A stretch of 64,000 nt of DNA, taken from contig CM102285.1 of NCBI GenBank assembly GCA_046563655.1, positions 10,726,001 through 10,790,000 of the forward strand, written 5' to 3'. Under the pieces are notes generated by a model, which was not told the origin of the DNA, searched no databases, and was given only the letters and a program-made list of their open reading frames with translations. Source of the stretch: Yuukianura sp. NJ FZ-2021 (Eukaryota). The position numbers and the translations under genes are program-made. Shown piece by piece: positions 56,490 through 64,000 of this stretch; positions within the stretch are counted from its first letter, which is position 1, and every line of letters begins with the position of its first letter.

Positions 56490-59400
56490 ATGAACAAACG
56501 CAAGGGCTACAACGTCAATGAAGGTGGAGAGGAAACAGTGGCCTTCAAAGATGGCGGCAAAAGTGGTGCTGAAGAGGCCAAAACACCAGCCCAGATGGAG
56601 AAATTTATTGAAGCGCGAGAAACAGATACCGTGGAGCTGAAAAGAAATTTGACGCTGGTTAACGGTGTAGCGATCATCGTGGGATCTATTATTGGAAGCG
56701 GAATTTTTCTCACGCCAGCAGTAAGTTTCAATTTTGAAAAAAAAATGAAGAAAGTTTCATTTTTTTTGAAACAATTGAAAAAAATTAACTCTCGAGTCAC
56801 TCAAATCCTAAGTAAGTGGATGGAAGTGCCACGCTTTTGAGTACATAAAGCACTTGAGTAGCATTGCACTTGAGATTAATTTAACCACTTTAGTAAATTA
56901 CCTTCCTTAATCCTGCCGTTAGACCAGACGATAGTTGAGTTTGGAATTAGGATTGTTTACACTAACTGCACCTTGCAAAACATAAAACAAACAAACGTCG
57001 CATCCTCCTTCCCAATGACAGGTCAAAGGTCATGTTATTCAAAATGACATTTTTAGTGCGAAAACAAACAAATCTGTCCTAATTTCCAGGGAGTCTATGA
57101 AAATGCTCAGTCAACCTGGCTAGCCATCATTGTCTGGGCACTTGCCGGAGTATTTTCAATGATTGGAGCCATTTGCTTCGCTGAACTTGGAACTTGCATT
57201 ACGCGAAGCGGTGGAGACTATGTACGCTTAACATTTTCTTGTCTAGAATTCTCTTTTAAAAATGAAATCCACAATGCAGATGCTCTTAATATCGTCTTTT
57301 TGTGGTTTGCAGGCTTACATTCTGGGTAAGGCAGATTCTGGAAGGATAAGGCAGCCTTCCATTCCTAAGATGATTCCTGAGTGGAATTCCTAATTTCATC
57401 ATTTGAACTTTCCCCCGCCGGATTCCTTAAAATCCTTTTCCCACTTTTACTTTCTCCGCTTCCAGAAAATGAATAGAAAGTGGAAGTGAATTCCAATTTC
57501 CTATGCTTTCTCTCAATATATTTTTGCTGTCGTTTTTTCCGTTAGAGGCATTTGGACCTTTTCCAGCGTTTCTTACTCTCTGGGTGACGATAATGATCAT
57601 TCGACCAGTTACTGCTGCAGTCGTAGCTTACACTTTTGCAGAGTATGCTATACGACCATTTTTTCTAGAAGGAGCCTTACCAAACTGGGCTCCTCAACTA
57701 CTGGCAACGGCTTGTCTTTGTAAGAAAAATTTTCTCCGAAAATTTTTTTCTGAAATTTCAAAGAATTTTGAGATTTTCACTACTATAACGCTTGACCTAT
57801 TCTAAGTTATCTCACTTCTTTAATCCCCAAATATTTAACCTGTATAACTTAAGCTGTTTACTGACTAGGTTTGCTAACTGCAATCAATTGCATTAGTGTC
57901 AAGTTGGCTATGAAGATCCAGGACTTGTTCACTGCTGGAAAGTTGATTGCCCTCGTTTCAATTATTGTCACGGGCTTCGTTTTTCTATTTTTGGGCTTAG
58001 CAGGTTTGTAATTTCATCCTAAAAGAAAAATACACACAACAGTATCGTATTTGAAGATGGATTAAGGATGATCGATTATGATTAATGGACTATAATTTTG
58101 AAAATTAAAATTCGATCTGTAGGAGTGGAGGGACCAGCACAAATGTTGGAAACAAACTCATTTGCTACTCCATTTGATTTCAAAGGTAATGAAAAACTTG
58201 GCTCCTACGCCAATTTATTGTACTTTCACTGTTCAATTAACTTTTTATAAAGAAAAATTTGAACAATTATTTTTCAATTTGTACAGGAGAAGACTTCAAT
58301 TATCCTAAATTATCTTTGTCTGTCTACTATGGACTCTTTGCCTATGCTGGATGGAACTACTTGAACTTTGTCACGGCAGAACTCAAAGATCCCTACGTGT
58401 AAGTGACAGGTCAAATGGGTTCTTGACTTTACTTGAAAAATTGGTCCTTCAATTTCATTAATTGAACGTATATTGGTGAAAGTGAAAGTTTTTGTACTTG
58501 AGAGTGGTAGACGGGATCATAATTGCAAAAATTCCTAACTTACTTCGTGCTTTCCATCTTCTTTCCTAAAAGAAAAGTTCCAGAATGCTCTGCAGAATTC
58601 TGAAAGTCTCTTGCAAATGTGACTCCAGAACACTGGAGCACTGAACCATAAATTGTGCTGGCAGCAACAAGTGGGTGCGAAGCGGAAAAGTATTAATGGA
58701 AATGGAAAGCACGAGGGAAATACTATTATGAACCCGAAGCCCCCAAACCCAATATCCACTCCACTTTCACTCTTGCGTCACTTTCACGTTCCACTTTCCA
58801 CGGCGTTTCAGCGTCACTTTCACGTTCCACTTGACTTTTCCCCGCATCCATCTCTTGAAAGGGCGTATCTGTTGTATCTGTTTAGCCTACTCATACCCTA
58901 CACTAGTCCTTATGTTATATACTCATCCGTCAAGCTACGGGAAATATTACTTTCTATTTCTATTTGAACAGCCCGCAGCGTTTTGTCCATTGAGTTAGCA
59001 AATATTGATTAGGAAAGCCCTACTTGTTAAAACTTTCACTTTTTTGTTCTTCCTTGTCTCTGTCGTGTTGTTTTCTTCATTAAACCAATTTAAGCCTCCT
59101 CTACAATTGATTTGAGGGAGAAAGTAGGAAAAGTACACTTCTGTATCACATTACATGTTTTCTCATGGGCTTTGAAAGAAACTGAGTTGACATGACATGC
59201 TCCTATCTAACGTAGTACTACTTGTCTCTTCCTAATGACACTTGAGCAGGAGAAAGTGGGCCAGAGAAACCCTCTGGAAAACACAATGTTGTCTGGAATC
59301 AACAGCTCGATAAGAGCTGAGGGTTCAAAGGTCAATTTAAACTTTTTGCTAGGGTCGGTTAGCTTTTGAAAATTTCAAACTTACAAAAATTTGGAACAAA

Positions 59401-60493
59401 AATTTGGATCTACAGAAATATGAAGGGAAAACTTTTATAAATTTTTTCAGAAATCTGCCTAGGGCAATTTGGATTGGTCTTCCTTTGGTGACAATAATTT
59501 ACGTGCTAGCCAATGTTTCATACTTCATTGTCCTTTCACCCGCGCAAATCATCATGTACAAGAACTCCGTTGCAGTCGTGAGATTTTCAAAAAAAAAAAA
59601 ATTCAAACCTTGTTTTAAAAATTATTCTTGAAATGTTTACTCTCTCTTTCCAGGCATTTGGAAGTGAAACGTTTGGGTCTGTCGTCTGGCTCATTCCAAT
59701 CTTTGGTATAAGCGCATCAATTTAGAAAGTTTTGAGCAAAAGTCTGAAAGTTGTGATATAAGAGTGGATTGACACTTTATGTTTGAATTTTTAGTGGCAT
59801 TGTCAACATTTGGTGGAGTCAATGGAACACTTTTTAGTTCAGCACGCTTATTCTTTGCTGGTGCAGAGGATGGCCAATTGCCTGCAGTTTTATCCTTCAT
59901 TCATATCCGGAACTACACGCCTGTTCCGGCTCTACTTTTTCAGGTTTGATTTAAAAAATAGACTTTAGAAAATTTGGATGTATAATTGTGGATTAAAATT
60001 TTGAATTTTTTGAAAATTGCAGTGTCTGATCTCTGTGATCTATTTGTTCACTGGACAAATCGGACCTCTGATTAACTGCGTCAGTTTTGTACTCTGGGCC
60101 TCAACTGGATTTGCAGTAGCGTCACTCTTGTATCTAAGAAAGAAAAAACCTGATCTTCCCAGACCAATCCGAGTTCACGTTGTTTTTCCCTACATCTACA
60201 TCGTTTGCACAATCTTCATCGTTGCATGTTCTATTTATGCTGAACCTAAAGACACAGGTAATCAAACATAACTGGAAAGTTTGTCAACTTTGCATTTACG
60301 GAATTTGACCACCAATTTCATTTTCCTTCCAGGAATTGGAACTCTGCTGACCTTGTCTGGAGTACCATTTTACTTTTTGAATGAGTTCATGAAGAAGCGC
60401 AGAAGGAGTTGCTATTGTTGGGAGGCATTTGTTCGAGACATTCAAAAACTCCTTAATGTCATTCCCCAAGAAAAGTCAGAAGTTTTACTCTAG
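56490..60493 (+). CDS. SLC7 L-type/y+L amino acid transporter light chain, 12 coding exons
   Basis: Exons 56490-56720, 57090-57221, 57313-57325, 57546-57719, 57869-58003, 58123-58185, 58287-58398, 59451-59577, 59654-59705, 59795-59943, 60023-60257, 60333-60493. Motifs [67 protein letters not shown]. Confidence 0.94.
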
Positions 60494-60972
60494 ATTTACT
60501 TTTACTTTTAAGCATTTAACTCTGTTTTTAGTTGTTAATTATTCAATAAGGATTATTACTTTGTATTTTCATAACACAAATTATACCGGTGGTGACGACA
60601 AATAAGTCAAAAATCATTTTATTTTTCACTTTCTGCAATGACCAATGAAATGATTTTATGATTCATTTAGAACCAAAAAAAATTCAAACTTGTTCAAGAA
60701 AAATTTAATTGCTATTTGTATTTATGAATAAATTTTTAAATTCTTTATTTTAAAAAATGGCTAAGATGATTATGTGTCAAAGCGGATTTGATTTAAGGAA
60801 TATAAATCCGAGGGCCAGTGACAAATTGTAACCAATCTGTAATTAATGGCATAAATCATATTAGTTAATATTAAAGTGAAAGTTGAATTTCTCAACTTTT
60901 TGAAAACAACATATGAGGAGAATTACCGTATTTTCTCGCGGATACTGCGAAAATTATGTGATGCTGAGATAA

Positions 60973-62272
60973 TTACAATCGTGTACAAAAATAGCTGTCA
61001 CAAATTTGAACAAGCTCTTCACTCTTTGTCCACAATTTGTTTGCGAGGTCATTGTTTAGATCCGGCCTATCCATGACTCCTCTCCAGCGTTTCCCGAAGC
61101 GATACATTTGTCCAGATTCGGAAGCCAATTTCTTAGACAGAGCACAAGCTAGAATAGTCTGACATCCCTGAAAGCATTAACTTACAATTTAGCACAGGTT
61201 TTTAAAGTTATGTGTATTGAAAATTGGAACAAAAAGTTAACGTTAACCTGTTGAGGTGTAAATCCGACCAATTTTAGACACATGCTGGTCAGAAATTTTG
61301 TCACACGCGGCTGGGTCGCAAAAATCTTCGTCTTGATTAGCGCAGGGCAAAGAGCGTAGGTCGTAATGCCAGTCCCTTCAAGTCTCTTAGCCAACGCTTT
61401 TGTGAAAAGCATATTCGCCAATTTGGAGTTTGCGTAAGGATGCATATTTAGCAAACCAAAACTTTTGGCCTTCTCAAGCATTAGGTCATCAAGGTCAAAT
61501 TTTGAAATCATAAACAATGTTGATGCTACGGATATGACCCGGCTTGGGGCTCCTTGCTTCAAGGAATCCAGTAGAAGGTTAGTTAGCAGAAAGTGTCCTA
61601 AGTGATTTGTTCCAATGTGAGACTCAAATCCATCTTTTGTTCTGTATAACACGCCATTTTGATCCTTAAAAATTTTGTGCAATTCAAAATTTCAAAATTA
61701 AACAAGACTGATTACGTGTTTTAGAAAAATTTAAACAAGAATGGGCTCACGAAAATTCCAGCGTTGTTGATGAGGATATTGAGTTCGGAGAATTTACTTT
61801 TAAATTCGTTTGCGAAATTCCGTATCGAATCCAAGTCTCCAAGATCCAGTTTCATTAGAATCTGATAAGGGAATAGCATGAACTTATTAAATGTAATTAA
61901 TAAATTGTATTTTAATACCAATACCAATTTTCCATTATCCGTTATGTTTCTAATATCTGCAATTGCATCTTTGCCGAATTCCAAATTTCTACACGCCATA
62001 ATCACCGTAGCTCCACGTTGAGCTAATTCTACTGTCGTTGCTTTTCCAATTCCTACAACATACAAAGAAAATCAAAATGTAATTTTGGTATAGAATTTTA
62101 CAATCGATTTTTACCAAAATGATGATTTAATTTCACGTATTTTACCCGCATTGGCTCCTGTCACGATCACAATTTTCCCTGTAACACTTTCTTCATCGAT
62201 TGGTCTATTCTTTTTGTTGTAAAAAACTACTCCAGTCAAGTAGTCTTTAGCCAACTTTGTAAATTTAATCAT
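60973..62272 (-). CDS. Retinol dehydrogenase 11/12/13-like short-chain dehydrogenase/reductase, copy 1 (intact)
   Basis: ATG at 62272. Motifs IVTGANAG|IGKAT, IMACRN, LDLGDLDSIRNFA, ILINNAG, GTNHLGHFLLTNLLL and catalytic YANSK. Last exon 61167-60973. Confidence 0.92.
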
Positions 62273-62746
62273 TCTTATAATGACGCTTTACAAGAAGTTA
62301 AGTTAGCAAGTAATTCAAAGCAGAATTGTGTCGAATAATAAGATTAGGCACTATTTTTTTGAATAGTTTATGGCTTTGTGTCAGGTTGGCACTTTCAACT
62401 GTTGCAATTTATACCGATTTGGGTTTGTCGATAAATGCAACTTGTTGTAATCTTCATGATCAAAATTTAGACATACACGTGGAGAGTTCCTGGGAATTCT
62501 GTGCCCCCTATTTCAATTGTTGCTAATTTTGGCAGCACAAAACTGCATTCCTTGACCTTCATATCACATTTAAAACTCGGTAACTAAGCATTGTCTTACT
62601 GGTTGAAAAAATATTTTCTCATCTATGAGAAAATTCAACCCTCTATCCATTTGATATAGAACTTTATAGTTTCTGGAATTAAATAATTTAATGCAATTAC
62701 CGTGTTTTCTCGTAGGTACTGCGCACATTATGTTATGTTCAGATAA

Positions 62747-64000
62747 TTAGTACAATCGTGTAGACAGATTACTGTAAGAAATTTGAACAAGCTTTTCACT
62801 CTTTGTCCACAATTCATTAGCGAAGTGATCGTCCAAGTCCGGTCGATCCATGACTCCCTTCCAGTGTTTGCCAAAGCGATACATTTGTCCAGATTCGGAA
62901 GCTAATTTCTTAGACAGAGCACAAGCCAAAACAGTATGACATTGCAATACATTAAGTTTATACACAAGTTTTGAATTTTTCAAATCTTGTAACCTGTTGA
63001 GGTGTAAATCCGACAAATTTTAGACACATATTGGTCAGGAATTTTGTCACATTCGGCTGTGTCGCAAACATGTTGGTCCTGATTAGCGCAGGGCAAAGAG
63101 CGTATGTCGTAATGCCCGTCCCTTCAAGTCTCTTAGCCAACGCTTTTGTGAAAAGCATATTGGCCAGTTTGGAATTGGCGTAAGGGATTGTATTTAGTAA
63201 TCGTAAGGATGCATATTTAGCAAACCAAAACTTTTGGTCTTCTCAAGCATGAGGTCATCAAGGTGAAAATTTGAAATGATAAACAATGATGATGCTACGG
63301 ATATGACCCTGCTTGGAGCTCCCTGCTTCAGAGAATCCAATAGAAGATTAGTTAGCAGGAAGTGTCCAAGGTAGTTTGTTCCGATGTGTGACTCAAATCC
63401 ATTTTTAGTTTTTTGATACAAGCCATTTTGATCCTTCAAAATTTTTCAAAAATCAAAATTACACAAAACTGAGCGTTTTAGCAAAATTTGACAAAAATTG
63501 AACTGACGAAAACTCCGGCGTTGTTGATGAGGATATTGAGTTCGGAGAATTGACTTTTAAATTCGTTTGCGAAATTCCGAATAGAATCCAAATCTCCAAG
63601 ATCCAGTTTCATTAAAATCTAATGGAATTTACGGAATTGCATGAACTTGTGAAATGGTTTATAAAATATGCTGTGTTTTAATATACCAATTTGCCATTAT
63701 CCGTTTTATTTCTAATTTCTGCAATTGCCTGTTTGCCTAATTCCAAATTTCTACAAGCCATGATTACAATAGCACCGCGATCAACCAATTCCGCTGTAGT
63801 TGCTGTTCCAAGTCCTAAAAACAAAAATCGAACCATCATTTTGATATTGAATTTTAGTTTTTTTAAAAAAGATTTCGTCAAAATGTTGATTTAATTTTAA
63901 AATGTTTCACCTGAATTTGCTCCTGTTACAATAACAATTTTCCCTTCAACACTTTCTTCATCAATTTGTCTTTCCTTTATGTGTTTGAAAACTATTCCGG
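62747..64000 (-). pseudogene. Retinol dehydrogenase-like SDR, copy 2 (tandem paralogue, disrupted; start lies beyond the window)
   Basis: Same exon layout and high similarity to copy 1. A 23-nt insertion near 63179-63201 gives a frameshift and TAA at 63194-63196, just at the catalytic YxxxK. The last-exon AG acceptor (~62942) is missing. Confidence 0.72.

Noticed and set aside
58774..58832. Short direct repeat gcgtcactttcacgttccactt x2 and ORF 58653-58967 in the 1-kb SLC7 intron
   Set aside because: Only two copies, so not a CRISPR-like array. I found no alternative SLC7 exon or recognisable protein there.

Overview
Compact, AT-rich, intron-containing animal genomic DNA, most likely an arthropod. 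A springtail-like hexapod is a guess from the ~60-90 nt introns and the croc-like FoxC N-terminus. Left to right: the 5' end of NVL/smallminded (-), GMDS (+), then a forkhead cluster FoxL1 (+), FoxC (+), FoxF (+) with long non-coding spacers and an apparently catalytically dead carboxypeptidase Q homologue (-) between FoxC and FoxF. A dense block follows: NOP2 (+), WDR19/IFT144 (+), a transmembrane adenylate cyclase (+), eIF2B-epsilon (-), an SLC7 LAT-type transporter (+) and two tandem retinol-dehydrogenase-like SDRs (-), the second disrupted. There are two clear non-autonomous DNA transposons (MITEs) and several palindromes. The most notable signals are: (1) the ancient FoxL1-FoxC-FoxF cluster intact in ~28 kb and still adjacent to GMDS, as FOXC1 is in human; (2) an intron at the identical forkhead-domain position in FoxC and FoxF; (3) a CPQ pseudoenzyme inside the cluster. 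All exon boundaries were read by eye and all homologies come from recalled family motifs, not database searches.
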